In this document: piece after piece, positions 38,809 to 49,397 of the stretch | Position numbering within the stretch: position 1 is the first letter of the stretch | How the letters are laid out: each line of letters opens with the position of its first letter | Assembly (NCBI GenBank): GCA_964405845.1 | Contig: CAYOPL010000012.1 | Coordinates: 8,884-72,883, forward strand | Length of the DNA stretch: 64,000 nt | Direction of reading: 5' to 3' | Source of the DNA: an uncultured Dehalococcoidia bacterium | Lineage (GTDB): Bacteria; Chloroflexota; Dehalococcoidia; UBA6926 | The notes under the pieces: model-generated | Told to the model about the DNA's origin: nothing | Databases searched by the model: none | Seen by the model: only the letters and a program-made list of their open reading frames with translations | Made by a program: the position numbers and the translations under genes

Positions 38809-39573
38809 ATGCCGATGCTGGCGGTACACCTGAGCATTATCCAGGAACTTGTGGACGAACTGGGCATTGAAGAGATTCGGGAGCACATTGGCGCCGCCCT
38901 CTTGGGTTCCACCGCGCCCGACCGACGTGTGATGACCCGCGAGCCGCGAGAGGACACCCACTATTTCCATCTGACGGAGAGCGAGGCAGGTGACGGATTC
39001 AAGGGCATGAAAAAGGCTCTGCCGGATATTGTCTCCCGCTCACCGGAGGATGATTGGGCACTGACCGCATTCCTCGTTGGTTACGCAAGCCATCTCGCGG
39101 CAGATGAGGCATGGATCGTCAACGTCTACCGTCCGTTCTTTGAGGACGATGAGTATCTTGGCGCTGAGCCGACGAAAAATATCCTGGACAGAGCCATGCA
39201 GTATGAGTTGGAGGTCGATATCCGCGGCGACCGCGAACAGCTGATGAATTGGCAGAAAAAGATAATCGATTCGAATAGCATCACCGATGCTGTTCCTGAC
39301 CCGTTTATCGCAACGAGCATCCTGCGCGAGTGGAGCGATTTCGTGGCAGGTCGTGTCCTCACACTCCCCGGCACGTGGGCCGAATTCCCGCGCTTTATCT
39401 CGCGCTACCTCGATGATCCCGATCTGGATGGCGTAGAGGTCGAGCAGTTGATGGCTGACCCGGAAGGGATGCTTGATCGCGTCTATGCCCGCATCCCCCG
39501 TGACATCATTCAGCAGCATCGTGCCATTGCTATGGAGCAGTCACTTAAGCATGCCGAGGAAATCCTCGCATGA
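38809..39573 (+). CDS. Zinc-dependent phospholipase C/P1-nuclease-fold protein
   Basis: N-terminal MP...H, LLGSTAPD, THYF, GYASHLAADEAW. Confidence 0.75.
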   Translation: MPMLAVHLSIIQELVDELGIEEIREHIGAALLGSTAPDRRVMTREPREDTHYFHLTESEAGDGFKGMKKALPDIVSRSPEDDWALTAFLVGYASHLAADEAWIVNVYRPFFEDDEYLGAEPTKNILDRAMQYELEVDIRGDREQLMNWQKKIIDSNSITDAVPDPFIATSILREWSDFVAGRVLTLPGTWAEFPRFISRYLDDPDLDGVEVEQLMADPEGMLDRVYARIPRDIIQQHRAIAMEQSLKHAEEILA

Positions 39574-40910
39574 AGATCTTTCGCGGACTTGAAGAGGGCA
39601 AGGCTGGGCTGATTGCAGCCAACCCGTGGCTCAACCCGCAGGCGTCAGAATCCACACTCTCATTCCTCGAGCAGGCGTTTGGCGAGAAAATTTCTCCCGA
39701 AGAGGCCGTCCAACGCGTCATTGAGATTGTGCGCGTGGACGGCGATGAGGGTATCCGAGAACTCGCGCGCAAGTTCGACGGTGTCGAGCTCTCCGCGCTG
39801 GAAGTCACACAAGAGGAAATCGCCCGCGCTTACGACAGCGTGGACACTCACGTCATTGACGCGCTGCACAAGGCGGCAGAAGAGATTGAGGCGTTCCACG
39901 AGCAGCAGTCGAGAACGGGCTGGATGGACTTTGAGCGTGGCGTCGGCCAACTCATTCGCCCTGTGCAGCGCGCCGGCATTTATGTGCCCGGCGGACGGGC
40001 TGCTTACCCCTCAACCGTCCTGATGATCGGCATTCCCGCTCGCGTGGCCAATGTTCCGGAAATATTCGTGACGACGCCTGCGCGAGACAACGGAGTCGTT
40101 GCGCCGGTAACGCTGGTCGCGTGCAGCATCGCCCGTATCAATCGCGTGTTTCGTGTTGGCGGGCCGCAGGGTGTCGCTGCGTTCGCGCTCGGCACGGAGT
40201 CCGTCCCGCAGGTGGACAAGATATTCGGCCCCGGCAACCTTCTCGTGCAGTTGGCCAAGAAGGCCGTCTATGGCGTCGTGGGTGTCGATTCTTTGCAAGG
40301 CGCCACGGAGACGCTGGTTATCGCAGACGACCGCTCCGACCCCGCGCTATGCGCGGCAGACTTGCTTGCGCAGGCGGAGCACGACCCCGAAGCGCGGGTT
40401 GTCATGGTGACGACATCCGAGCGAATGGTGACACGGACGGGCAGGGAACTGGAACGTCAACTGCGTGACTTGCCGGAGAATTCTCCCGCGCACCTCTCCA
40501 CGCAAACCGGCGGGTTCGTCATCGTCGATACGGATGATGAAGTTGCCGACTTCTGCAACGCCTTTGCGCCGGAGCACCTCTGCATCATGACCCAGGACCC
40601 GCACGCGCTCATCCCCCGCCTGCGCAACGCGGGCGGCATCTTCGTTGGTGAGCACTCGCCGGAAGTGTTGGCGGACTATATCGCGGGGCCGAGCCACTCC
40701 ATGCCCACCGGCGGCGCGGCGCGATACAGTTCCCCGGTCAACGTCTTTGAATTCCTCAAGGTGACCAGCCTTGTATCGGTGCCGGAGGAACGGCTGCAAG
40801 CCTTGGGGCCGAGCGGCATCGCTATCGCGCGTGCGGAAGGACTTGTTGCCCACGCTAACGCGCTCGAGATTCGCATGGAGGCGGAGTCCGCCATCGATCC
40901 GGTGGACTAG
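39570..40910 (+). CDS. hisD: Histidinol dehydrogenase
   Basis: GIYVPGG, YPSTVLM, DKIFGPGN, DLLAQAEHD, APEHL, DYIAGPSH.MPT. Confidence 0.96.
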   Translation: MKIFRGLEEGKAGLIAANPWLNPQASESTLSFLEQAFGEKISPEEAVQRVIEIVRVDGDEGIRELARKFDGVELSALEVTQEEIARAYDSVDTHVIDALHKAAEEIEAFHEQQSRTGWMDFERGVGQLIRPVQRAGIYVPGGRAAYPSTVLMIGIPARVANVPEIFVTTPARDNGVVAPVTLVACSIARINRVFRVGGPQGVAAFALGTESVPQVDKIFGPGNLLVQLAKKAVYGVVGVDSLQGATETLVIADDRSDPALCAADLLAQAEHDPEARVVMVTTSERMVTRTGRELERQLRDLPENSPAHLSTQTGGFVIVDTDDEVADFCNAFAPEHLCIMTQDPHALIPRLRNAGGIFVGEHSPEVLADYIAGPSHSMPTGGAARYSSPVNVFEFLKVTSLVSVPEERLQALGPSGIAIARAEGLVAHANALEIRMEAESAIDPVD

Positions 40911-41837
40911 TTGAGAGCGACACAGGCAGTGACTTCATCCGTCGAAAAAGGCGTCGACAAGACCAAAAGGGCGTGGTTTGGCCGCGTCACGAGCATCTTT
41001 GGAAGGAACTCGATTCCGCCGGAGACGTGGGATGAATTGGAAGAGGCGCTGATCGGCGCGGACGTTGGTCTTGACCTGAGCGAGGAGCTGATTTCACGCA
41101 CGCGTGACCGTGTCGAGAAAATACGCGGTGCAAAGCCCAACGACCTCCGTGACGCTCTCGCCGCCGAGTTGGTAGATGTTGCCGTCAACGGTGCCTCTCC
41201 TGCCACACCTGAAGGAGAGAGAGGCACTCCTCGCGTCATCCTCGTGGTTGGTGTGAACGGCAGTGGTAAGACGACAAGTATCGCCAAACTGGCACGACGT
41301 GAAATGGCGGAAAATCGGCAAGTGCTGCTGGTTGCTGGTGACACTTTTCGCGCAGCAGCCATCGAACAGTTGCAGATTTGGGGTGAACGGCTCGGTACGC
41401 CTGTCATCGCGCAGCAGCATGGCGCAGACCCCGGCGCGGTGGCATTTGACGGTGTCGCGGCGGCCAAATCCCGCGGCGTTGACACGGTCATCATCGACAC
41501 CGCCGGACGCCTGCAGACTCGGACATCCTTGATGGACGAACTACGCAAGGTGCGCCGCGTGGTAGAAAGGTCCGTCGACGCATCGGACATCACCGTGCTG
41601 CTTGTCCTGGACGCGACAACGGGGCAGAACGGCCTCTCTCAAGCGCGAGAGTTCATGGGAGCGGTGGGCGTGGATGGCGTGATCCTGACCAAGGTGGACG
41701 GCACATCCAAAGGCGGCATAGCAATCGCCATCCGCCGCGAATTCGGGGTCCCCGTAACGTACATCGGAACGGGCGAGGACATCGATGACCTTGAACCGTT
41801 CGACGCCAACGCATTCGTGACGGCGTTGCTCGCGTAG
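40911..41837 (+). CDS. ftsY: Signal recognition particle receptor FtsY
   Basis: GVNGSGKTTSIAKLA, DTFRAAA, DTAGR, DATTGQN, TKVDGTSKGG, GTGE. Confidence 0.96.
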   Translation: MRATQAVTSSVEKGVDKTKRAWFGRVTSIFGRNSIPPETWDELEEALIGADVGLDLSEELISRTRDRVEKIRGAKPNDLRDALAAELVDVAVNGASPATPEGERGTPRVILVVGVNGSGKTTSIAKLARREMAENRQVLLVAGDTFRAAAIEQLQIWGERLGTPVIAQQHGADPGAVAFDGVAAAKSRGVDTVIIDTAGRLQTRTSLMDELRKVRRVVERSVDASDITVLLVLDATTGQNGLSQAREFMGAVGVDGVILTKVDGTSKGGIAIAIRREFGVPVTYIGTGEDIDDLEPFDANAFVTALLA

Positions 41838-41864
41838 AGGCGCGAGCGGTCCGAGCCTCCTCCC

Positions 41865-44255
41865 ATGCTCCACTTGGTTATCTGGCTCGTTCTGCTCCAG
41901 GTTATCGGGGCGGCAGGGTTCGCGTGGGCGTTCCCGTTCTTCCGAGACCTCCCCGATCGCGGATATGGCGTCTCCAAGGTTCTGGGCATTCTTGTGCTGG
42001 CCTATGCGTACTGGGCGCTCGTCACCGCTCGTGTCCTGGACAACGACTTGCTCTCGCTACTGGCAATCCTTGCTCTGCTGCTCGGCGCAAGCGTAGTTCT
42101 GGCGAGGCAGAATCGCGAGGAGATGGTCGACTTTATCCGCAGCCGTTGGCGGCTGCTCGTAGCGAGCGAAGCAGTATTTCTGACCGCATTCGTACTGTTC
42201 GCCGTTTTCCGTGTCCTCGCGCCGGACATCACCATCTCCACATCCATCACGGGCCTTACCACCGAACAGCCGATGGACCTCGCATTCCTCGCGAGTTCCC
42301 TGCGCAGTTCGACGTTCCCCGCGGCCGACCCCTGGCTGGCCGGTCATTCCATCAGCTACTACCACTTTGGGTACGTGATTTTCAGCATTCCCGCGCGCCT
42401 TTCATTGGCAGCCGCGCCGGTGGGCTACAACCTTGCCTTCATCACGCTCTTCGCCCTCACGGCCGTGTCCGCATTTTCCCTAACAATGAACGCAATCTTG
42501 CGAACAGGAGTCGCGCGTGTCCAGCCACCGAGACTGGATGTTGTGGCAGTTATTGGCGGTGTCGCGGCAGTCATTGCGCTGCTGATTGCCGGTAATCTGA
42601 GTGGCGGGATACGGGCGCTTACGGAAGCGCTGTCATTGGAAGGAGCGACGGGATTCAGCTTCTGGTGGTGGGATTCAACACGCATCATTGAGGATCCGGG
42701 TGTGCTTTCTCCCATCGACGAGTTCCCTGTGTTCAGCTTCCTCCTGGGCGATCTTCACCCACACGTCATGGTCCTCCCGTTTGTCCTGCTCGCCCTCACC
42801 GTCACTCTCGCCTGGTTATGCAAGCCTGGCGCCCCAGATATCTCATGGCCTTGGCAGCGCGCCGGTGAACTCTTCCTGACGGCCTTAATCATCGGCGCGC
42901 TTGGCTTCATCAACACGTGGGACTGGCTGGCCTTCATGCTGCTATTGTTGGTGGCCATCAAGGCGCGGCGGCTGCGCGAAGAGGGCTTGGGGCGGGCTCT
43001 GTTCAACAAACAAACAACCCTCGACATCGTGATCCCCGCAGCAGCAATCGCCCTCCTGTCGCTGGCTCTCTTCTCACCGTTCTACCTGACCGTGAGCAGT
43101 GGTGTGCGTGGCGTTCTGCCGGTCCACGCATCCGGCACGGAGCTCAGCCACTACGCGCGCATCTGGGGCCCGATGGCGCTTGCTATAATCCCGCCTGTCG
43201 TATTCGCAATAATCCGCCTGAGACACAAGGACGTATCGAATCTGTACCTGGGCGGCGTTATGTTGCTGGCCGCTCTCCCCCTGATTCTTTGGACCTTCGT
43301 CGTGGTCGGCTGGAACCTCCTGCCTCATGACGCCCCCATCCCGGTTGATCCGCCAACAGTGGCCGATGTGGGTGTACGCTGGCTCGTGGCTGCGCCCGCG
43401 ATGGCTTTGGCGGCAATTGGATTCCTCGCAGTGCTGCCAACCGGACGGGAAGACGGCCCTCTTCCGCAGGGAATTCAGTTCGCGTGCCTGTTGGTGGCCA
43501 CGGCTGCAATGGGCATCGTCATCACGGAGGTGTTCTACGTCTGGGACTCCTTCGGTGTCCGCATGAACACTGTTTTCAAGGTGCATTATCAGGTATGGAC
43601 GCTGCTGGCAGTCGCAACGGGAATCGGCGCCGCCTGGATCATTGCACAACGGCCGGCACGCCTCTCTCCCGCACAAGGCGGACTCCTTGTAGCTGGGGCA
43701 GGCGGAGTGGCTTTATTGCTGGCCGGCGCGGCGTATGGCCCCCTTGGCGCAGCCGAACGCATTGAGGGTTCGCCATCAACCAGCATCGAACTGGATGGGC
43801 TCGCAACATACCAGGACCGGTTCCCGGATGACGCGGTTGCCATCGATTGGCTGGTGGATAACGCAGAACGAGATGACCATTTGCTGGAAGCGTTTGGTAA
43901 TGACTACACAGACTATGGCCGCGTGTCGGCGATAACCGGTATTCCGACACCCATGGGCTGGCAGGGCCATGAGTTGCAATGGCGAGGCGGAACGGAACTG
44001 TTCGGACCGCGAGTGCAATACACCGAGGAGATCTATCGTGGACAAACCGTCGCGGAAGGTGAAAACCTTACTGAAGAGGAACTAAAACTCAGGCTCGAGT
44101 TCTACGGTATCGATTACATCTTCGTCGGCTCGCTGGAGCGCGCTGACTTTGGAGAGGACACAGCAGACAGGCTGCTTGCCTACATGCCAAACCGCCTCGA
44201 AGTAGCTTTTGAATCGGGAAATACGACCGTCCTACGATACGTGCCCATCATCTGA
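41865..44255 (+). CDS. DUF2298 / Chlor_Arch_YYY polytopic membrane protein (probable GT-C glycosyltransferase)
   Basis: EQPMDLAFL, DPWLAG.SISYYHFGY, IDEFPVFSFLLGDLHPH, NTWD, RMNTVFK..YQVW, GWQGHELQWRG. Confidence 0.85.
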   Translation: MLHLVIWLVLLQVIGAAGFAWAFPFFRDLPDRGYGVSKVLGILVLAYAYWALVTARVLDNDLLSLLAILALLLGASVVLARQNREEMVDFIRSRWRLLVASEAVFLTAFVLFAVFRVLAPDITISTSITGLTTEQPMDLAFLASSLRSSTFPAADPWLAGHSISYYHFGYVIFSIPARLSLAAAPVGYNLAFITLFALTAVSAFSLTMNAILRTGVARVQPPRLDVVAVIGGVAAVIALLIAGNLSGGIRALTEALSLEGATGFSFWWWDSTRIIEDPGVLSPIDEFPVFSFLLGDLHPHVMVLPFVLLALTVTLAWLCKPGAPDISWPWQRAGELFLTALIIGALGFINTWDWLAFMLLLLVAIKARRLREEGLGRALFNKQTTLDIVIPAAAIALLSLALFSPFYLTVSSGVRGVLPVHASGTELSHYARIWGPMALAIIPPVVFAIIRLRHKDVSNLYLGGVMLLAALPLILWTFVVVGWNLLPHDAPIPVDPPTVADVGVRWLVAAPAMALAAIGFLAVLPTGREDGPLPQGIQFACLLVATAAMGIVITEVFYVWDSFGVRMNTVFKVHYQVWTLLAVATGIGAAWIIAQRPARLSPAQGGLLVAGAGGVALLLAGAAYGPLGAAERIEGSPSTSIELDGLATYQDRFPDDAVAIDWLVDNAERDDHLLEAFGNDYTDYGRVSAITGIPTPMGWQGHELQWRGGTELFGPRVQYTEEIYRGQTVAEGENLTEEELKLRLEFYGIDYIFVGSLERADFGEDTADRLLAYMPNRLEVAFESGNTTVLRYVPII

Positions 44256-44284
44256 TGGCCGTCTGGGTATAGTTAGATTTGACC

Positions 44285-46582
44285 ATGAGCCAATCTCGAC
44301 GCAAGCGAAACCGCCGCCGTTCCACAACCAACAACAACCCGGCGGCTGACGCCGGACAAGATATCCAGTCAACGGAAGATACTGTCTCTGGCTCTATTGA
44401 CACTCTTGCAGTGACGGAGGAGCGGAACACGTTGATGTCACGTATTGCGTGGCAACAGACGTTTGCCGACGCCAAAGCGTGGGTGCGTCGACCTGAAGCC
44501 GGCATCCTTGTGGCCATCGTCGTCGTGACTGCCGTTCTGCGTTTCTGGGACTTGGATACACGAGCCGTTCACCACGACGAAAGCCTGCACGGCTACTACT
44601 CGTGGTTCATGGCAGAGGGCGGAGGATTCATCCACAACCCGCTCCTGCATGGCACCGTCCAATTCATTGCGACGAGCTTCGTGTTTCGCCTTTTCGGCGC
44701 CTCAGACGCAACCCTACGATTTTTGCCGGCCCTCTTGGGCACAATCGTCGTGGCGCTGCCCTATCTCCTGTACCGCCACCGGATGGGCACACTCGGCGCT
44801 CTCGTAGCGTCGGCCCTGCTAGCAATCTCGCCCGGCATCCTGTACTTCAGCCGATTCGCCCGGAACGACATCTACATGGTTCTCATCACCCTCGTACTCT
44901 TCTGGACGATGTGGGCATACATGGACACCCGGCGACTGCGTTACCTCGTCATCGCATCGGCAACATTAGCTGTCGGCTTCGCCACTAAAGAGGTCATGTA
45001 TCTGCTAGTTCTGATCCCGCTTACATTCCTCTTTGTCGCCCACGTCGGTGATGCACGGCGGCTCATTCGCACGCCGTTGCATGAATGGCCACCCGCTGCC
45101 GTGTTCGGCCTAATCCTGACAACACTTGTATTGCCGATGGGCGCAGCGGGTGTTGCGCTCTTTCAGAATATTCTCGGCATCCACCTGGCGAATCCCGATT
45201 CGGGCGTCGATGCCGCGGAGGGCGCGCTGGCGAACCTTCCAGGCCCGGTGGGAGCTCCTATTTCGCAAGAGCCTGGGGTGACGACATGGATTATTGAAAG
45301 GCTCTCCGGCTTGCCGGGCGTCGGATTCGATCTTGCCAACCTGGATGAAATTCAAAACCCTGCCGCAGGCACGCTGTTTGGTATCCAAGCGCTGGACATC
45401 GCCGTTTTCGTACTGTTGGCGCTGTTCGGCGTTGGCGCGGCGCTGGGTATCATCTGGCACAGACGGCATTGGCTGATCATTGCCGGAGTGTTCTGGTTCC
45501 TCATCGCCATACTCTTTACCACGTTGTTCACAAATGGCATCGGCTTTGGCAGCGGCGTCTGGCAGTCGCTGGGGTATTGGGTGGCGCAGCAGGATGTCGG
45601 GCGCGGCAGCCAGCCCTGGTATTACTACTTCATGGTTCTATCCGTGTACGAACTCCTGCCCCTTATCGTCGCCCTCGTAACGGGATTCTTTATCCTCCGG
45701 CGACGCCCTGCATTCATGACGTTTGACGTCTTCCTCATCTACTGGTTCATGCTCGCGCTTGTGCTGCTGCTGATGGCCGGAGAGAAGATGCCGTGGCTGT
45801 CCATTCATCTCACGCTGCCGATAATCATGATCGCAGGGCGAGGGCTTGGAGAATACTTGCCGCAGGCCTTCAACCGCATCCGCGAATTGTCCAAACAGGC
45901 CGATGCGCGGCGTGTGGGCCACGCTGTAGCCGTTGGTGGGCTGGCCGTGCTCCTTATCCTCACCGCGCAATCCTCACTCCGTGCCAGCTTTGAGAACGGC
46001 GACGTTCCGGTGGAGATGCTGGTTTACACCCAGACCTCGCCAACGCTTGAGCAGGCTGTCGACGAGATCGACCGTTACGCAGCCTCCACGGGCGACGGAC
46101 AACATCTGCCGCTCACCATCGACACCGCACACGGATACTCATGGCCATGGCACTGGTACTTGCGCGACTACACAAATGTTGAATACCGCTGCATGGGCGG
46201 TGAGAGCGTCTGCGGAGCCGGATCGCCCATTGTGACCGATCAAAATCCCCCGCGCGGCCTCATCATGGCCCTCAACACGGACAGCGCCTCCAACATCCGG
46301 ACGACTGAGTGGGGCTCAGACGCAGCCAATCGCGTCCGCATTCCGCTTCGATGGTGGTTCCCGGAGGGCGTCTACCGGGGCGACCAGTACTATGAAGGGC
46401 TGGGCGTTGGTGACATTGCGCAGGGGGTGATCGACCCGGGTGCGTGGTCGACCATCTGGACCTATTGGACGCTGCGAGAGCCGCCATGGAGACTTGGTAG
46501 TTCTGACATCTACGTCTATTTCCCGTCCGACTACACACCTGAGTTGAGCACGCCGCCTGATCCGGTCTACGGGCCTGCCTAG
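44285..46582 (+). CDS. TIGR03663 family (Agl23-like) PMT/GT-C membrane protein
   Basis: HHDESLH, HNPLLHG, YFSRFARND, ATKE, QPWYYY, EKMPWL, EMLVYTQTS, WPWHWYLRDY. Confidence 0.85.
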   Translation: MSQSRRKRNRRRSTTNNNPAADAGQDIQSTEDTVSGSIDTLAVTEERNTLMSRIAWQQTFADAKAWVRRPEAGILVAIVVVTAVLRFWDLDTRAVHHDESLHGYYSWFMAEGGGFIHNPLLHGTVQFIATSFVFRLFGASDATLRFLPALLGTIVVALPYLLYRHRMGTLGALVASALLAISPGILYFSRFARNDIYMVLITLVLFWTMWAYMDTRRLRYLVIASATLAVGFATKEVMYLLVLIPLTFLFVAHVGDARRLIRTPLHEWPPAAVFGLILTTLVLPMGAAGVALFQNILGIHLANPDSGVDAAEGALANLPGPVGAPISQEPGVTTWIIERLSGLPGVGFDLANLDEIQNPAAGTLFGIQALDIAVFVLLALFGVGAALGIIWHRRHWLIIAGVFWFLIAILFTTLFTNGIGFGSGVWQSLGYWVAQQDVGRGSQPWYYYFMVLSVYELLPLIVALVTGFFILRRRPAFMTFDVFLIYWFMLALVLLLMAGEKMPWLSIHLTLPIIMIAGRGLGEYLPQAFNRIRELSKQADARRVGHAVAVGGLAVLLILTAQSSLRASFENGDVPVEMLVYTQTSPTLEQAVDEIDRYAASTGDGQHLPLTIDTAHGYSWPWHWYLRDYTNVEYRCMGGESVCGAGSPIVTDQNPPRGLIMALNTDSASNIRTTEWGSDAANRVRIPLRWWFPEGVYRGDQYYEGLGVGDIAQGVIDPGAWSTIWTYWTLREPPWRLGSSDIYVYFPSDYTPELSTPPDPVYGPA

Positions 46583-46594
46583 GTTCGCGGCCCA

Positions 46595-47626
46595 ATGCTC
46601 ATCAACAGGCGTACTCTCTTCGCGCTCACTGTAAGCGTGGCCTTCCTAGCCATCGTCTTCTGGAGTATTGATTTCGACGAGTTCATCGACGCCTTTGCCG
46701 AGGCGAACTACATCTGGCTGATTCCTGCGGTAATCGTCTACTTTCTCGCATTCACCCTGCGCGCGTGGCGTTGGCAGAGCCTGCTGGCGCATCTGGGTGG
46801 AGTGACACTTGGACGTTCCTATTTCGTGGCAACCATAGGCTACGCGGCGAACAATGTACTGCCTCTTCGATTGGGCGAGTTCGTCAGGGCATATCTGCTC
46901 CGCCGCAACCCTGGATTGGATATGACGGCTGGCCTTGCGACAATCGCCGTAGAGCGCATCCTTGACGGCTTAACCCTCCTCCTCTGGCTTGGCATCGGCT
47001 TGCTGTTCTTCGCCTCCATGTGGACGCTGTCACCGCTGCTGACCCTCGCCGCTCAGGTGGCTGCCGTTGTGTTCATCAGCGCCGGTGTGGCCGTTATCCT
47101 TGCCGTGCTGTTCCCTGATGCCGCTCTGCGCGTGAGCCACGCCGTTACGCGGCCGCTCCCGGACCGCTATGCGGCGCGTCTGATGGGAATCGCTGAGTCG
47201 TTGCTTCACGGATTCGCGGCCCTCAAGGACGCGCGTAAGATACCGTTCTGGTTCATTGTTTCCAACGCCGTGTGGGCAGGCGAGGCCCTTGTCTATATCC
47301 TCGTTGCCGTTGCAATGGACGTGGACACGCCCATCGTTGTCCTGTGCGTCGCCGTCGCTGCCTCCAATCTCGCCACCGCCGTGCCCTCATCATCTGGCGG
47401 CATCGGCCCGTTCGAGCTTCTGGCGAAAGAGACGCTTTTCCGCGCCGGCGTGGGAGCGGGGCTTGCCACAGCCTACGCGGTTGTTATTCACGCCACACTC
47501 TGGGTTCCCGTTACGATAGCGGGAGCGATCCTGCTCATTCTGGAAGGCGTGCCGCTGCGCGAGGTGCTGCGTCCCACGAGCGGGATGAACGAATCAGACG
47601 CCAGGCCTGCGGAGGCTGCTGAATGA
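46595..47626 (+). CDS. Lysylphosphatidylglycerol synthase TM / flippase-like membrane protein
   Basis: RAWRW, GYAANNVLPLRLGEFVRAY, ERILD, PSSSGGIGPFE. Confidence 0.88.
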   Translation: MLINRRTLFALTVSVAFLAIVFWSIDFDEFIDAFAEANYIWLIPAVIVYFLAFTLRAWRWQSLLAHLGGVTLGRSYFVATIGYAANNVLPLRLGEFVRAYLLRRNPGLDMTAGLATIAVERILDGLTLLLWLGIGLLFFASMWTLSPLLTLAAQVAAVVFISAGVAVILAVLFPDAALRVSHAVTRPLPDRYAARLMGIAESLLHGFAALKDARKIPFWFIVSNAVWAGEALVYILVAVAMDVDTPIVVLCVAVAASNLATAVPSSSGGIGPFELLAKETLFRAGVGAGLATAYAVVIHATLWVPVTIAGAILLILEGVPLREVLRPTSGMNESDARPAEAAE

Positions 47627-48939
47627 AGGTTGGAATCATCGGCGGCGGTGTTGGCGGCCTTGCGGCGGGCTATGAGTTCGCCAAGGCCGGGCACACTGTT
47701 GAGCTGTTCGAGCGTGCGCCATTCCTGGGCGGGCTGGCGTCCACATTTGACGTTGGCGGCGGGCGACTGGAGCGGTTCTATCATCATCTCTTCCTGTCCG
47801 ACGTCACAATCATCGGTCTCTTGGATGAGCTTGGCCTGAAAGACCGTCTCATCTGGGAAGACTCGAAAGTCGGTTATTTCACGCACGGGCGTATCTACCC
47901 GTTCGCCACGGCGACTGATCTCCTGAGGTTCAACCCCGTGAGCCTGATTGACCGTGTCCGCATGGGCTTGGTGACGCTCTATATCCAGCGCATCAAGAAC
48001 TGGAAAAGGCTGGAGGATACGACGGCTTCCGCGTTCATGCGCAAATGGGCCGGGCGGCGCAACTATGAGGAGATCTGGGAACCGCTGCTGCGCGGTAAAT
48101 TCGGGCGCTACGCCGAGCAGATCGCCATGCCGTGGATGTGGAGTAAGTTCGCAACACGTGTTGCCTCTCGCAAAGGGCTGCTGGGACGGGAGCAACTCGG
48201 CTATATCGAGGGTAGTTGGCAGGTGTTGATCGACGCCCTTGAGCAGCGCATCAGAGAGATGGGTGGCGATGTGCGAACGAGCGTCGGCGTGTCCCGCATC
48301 GAAACCACGGATAACCGTGTGACGGGACTGACGATCGCCGACTCGGATGGCGCCGAAGAAAAGCGCGACTATGATGCCGTCCTCGCAACCGTCCCCAGTT
48401 TCCTGCTCCCGCGTCTCGTGGACCTGCCCGAGGACTATCTCAACAAGGTGAGCACTATCGACTACGAGGGCGCAATCGCTGTGATCTGGGTGATGAACCG
48501 CAGCCTCTCGCCCATCTATTGGCTCAACATCGCGGATGCGGACATCCCGTTCCTTCTTGCGCTGGAGCAGACGAATCTCGTTCCCCCGCCCGTCTACGGC
48601 GGCAAGCACATCCTCTACACGGCGGACTACGTGACGCCGGAGGACCACAGGTGGGGGCTATCGGACGATGAGCTCATTGAGAGCTACGTCGAACACCTGC
48701 GGAAGATCAACCCTGAATTCGACCTGTCGTGGGTGGAGCGGACGTACGTCCACCGCGAGGGCGCGGCACAGCCAATCATGACCACGCATTTCAGCGACAA
48801 CATTCCGCCCAACAAGACGCCCGTGGATGGCCTCTGGCTCGCCGCCATGAGCCAGATCTATCCGGAGGACCGCGGAACCAACTACAGCATTCGCCAGGGG
48901 CAGGACGTTGCCCGCGCGATGATGTCGGAGGCAGGCTAG
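47623..48939 (+). CDS. FAD-dependent oxidoreductase (protoporphyrinogen oxidase/amine oxidase-like)
   Basis: GGGVGGLAAG Rossmann motif, GGLAS, LERFYHHLF, YPEDRGTNYS. Confidence 0.85.
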   Translation: MKVGIIGGGVGGLAAGYEFAKAGHTVELFERAPFLGGLASTFDVGGGRLERFYHHLFLSDVTIIGLLDELGLKDRLIWEDSKVGYFTHGRIYPFATATDLLRFNPVSLIDRVRMGLVTLYIQRIKNWKRLEDTTASAFMRKWAGRRNYEEIWEPLLRGKFGRYAEQIAMPWMWSKFATRVASRKGLLGREQLGYIEGSWQVLIDALEQRIREMGGDVRTSVGVSRIETTDNRVTGLTIADSDGAEEKRDYDAVLATVPSFLLPRLVDLPEDYLNKVSTIDYEGAIAVIWVMNRSLSPIYWLNIADADIPFLLALEQTNLVPPPVYGGKHILYTADYVTPEDHRWGLSDDELIESYVEHLRKINPEFDLSWVERTYVHREGAAQPIMTTHFSDNIPPNKTPVDGLWLAAMSQIYPEDRGTNYSIRQGQDVARAMMSEAG

Positions 48940-49397
48940 CGAACCTTGAAGTTCGTTTCCACCTCGACGCAGGAGCCGCGTGGCAGGGAGCCCATGCCGA
49001 TGGCATTACGCGCGTGCTGTCCGGCCTCGCCCAGAACTGCAACAAGCAGATCAGACGCGCCGTTCGCAACGATCGAGTGCTGATCGAAATCGGGCACGGC
49101 ATTCACGAATACGGTGATCCGCGTCACCGACTCAACGGCGTCAAGTCCACCGTCCAGCGCGTTTTCCACCGCCGAAAGCGCATTGAGCGTCGCGATGCGT
49201 GCCGCTTCCGCCGCCTGCTCAACCGTCACGTCCGCGCCAACCTTGCCGGGTGAGATGAGCTCGCCATCCTGTGTGGGAAGTTGCCCGGCCACATAAAGCG
49301 TATTGTGGACACGATTGGCGGGCGTGTAATTGCCGCCGGGCGTGGCGGGTGGAGGAAGAGTGATTCCGAGTTCCTTCAATCGATCCGCTATTGTCAT
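48936..49397 (-). CDS. RidA/YjgF family protein
   Basis: LPPPATPGGNYTP, YVAGQLP, ANGASDLL, HARNAIG..SLP. Confidence 0.9.
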   Translation of the reverse strand: MTIADRLKELGITLPPPATPGGNYTPANRVHNTLYVAGQLPTQDGELISPGKVGADVTVEQAAEAARIATLNALSAVENALDGGLDAVESVTRITVFVNAVPDFDQHSIVANGASDLLVAVLGEAGQHARNAIGMGSLPRGSCVEVETNFKVR

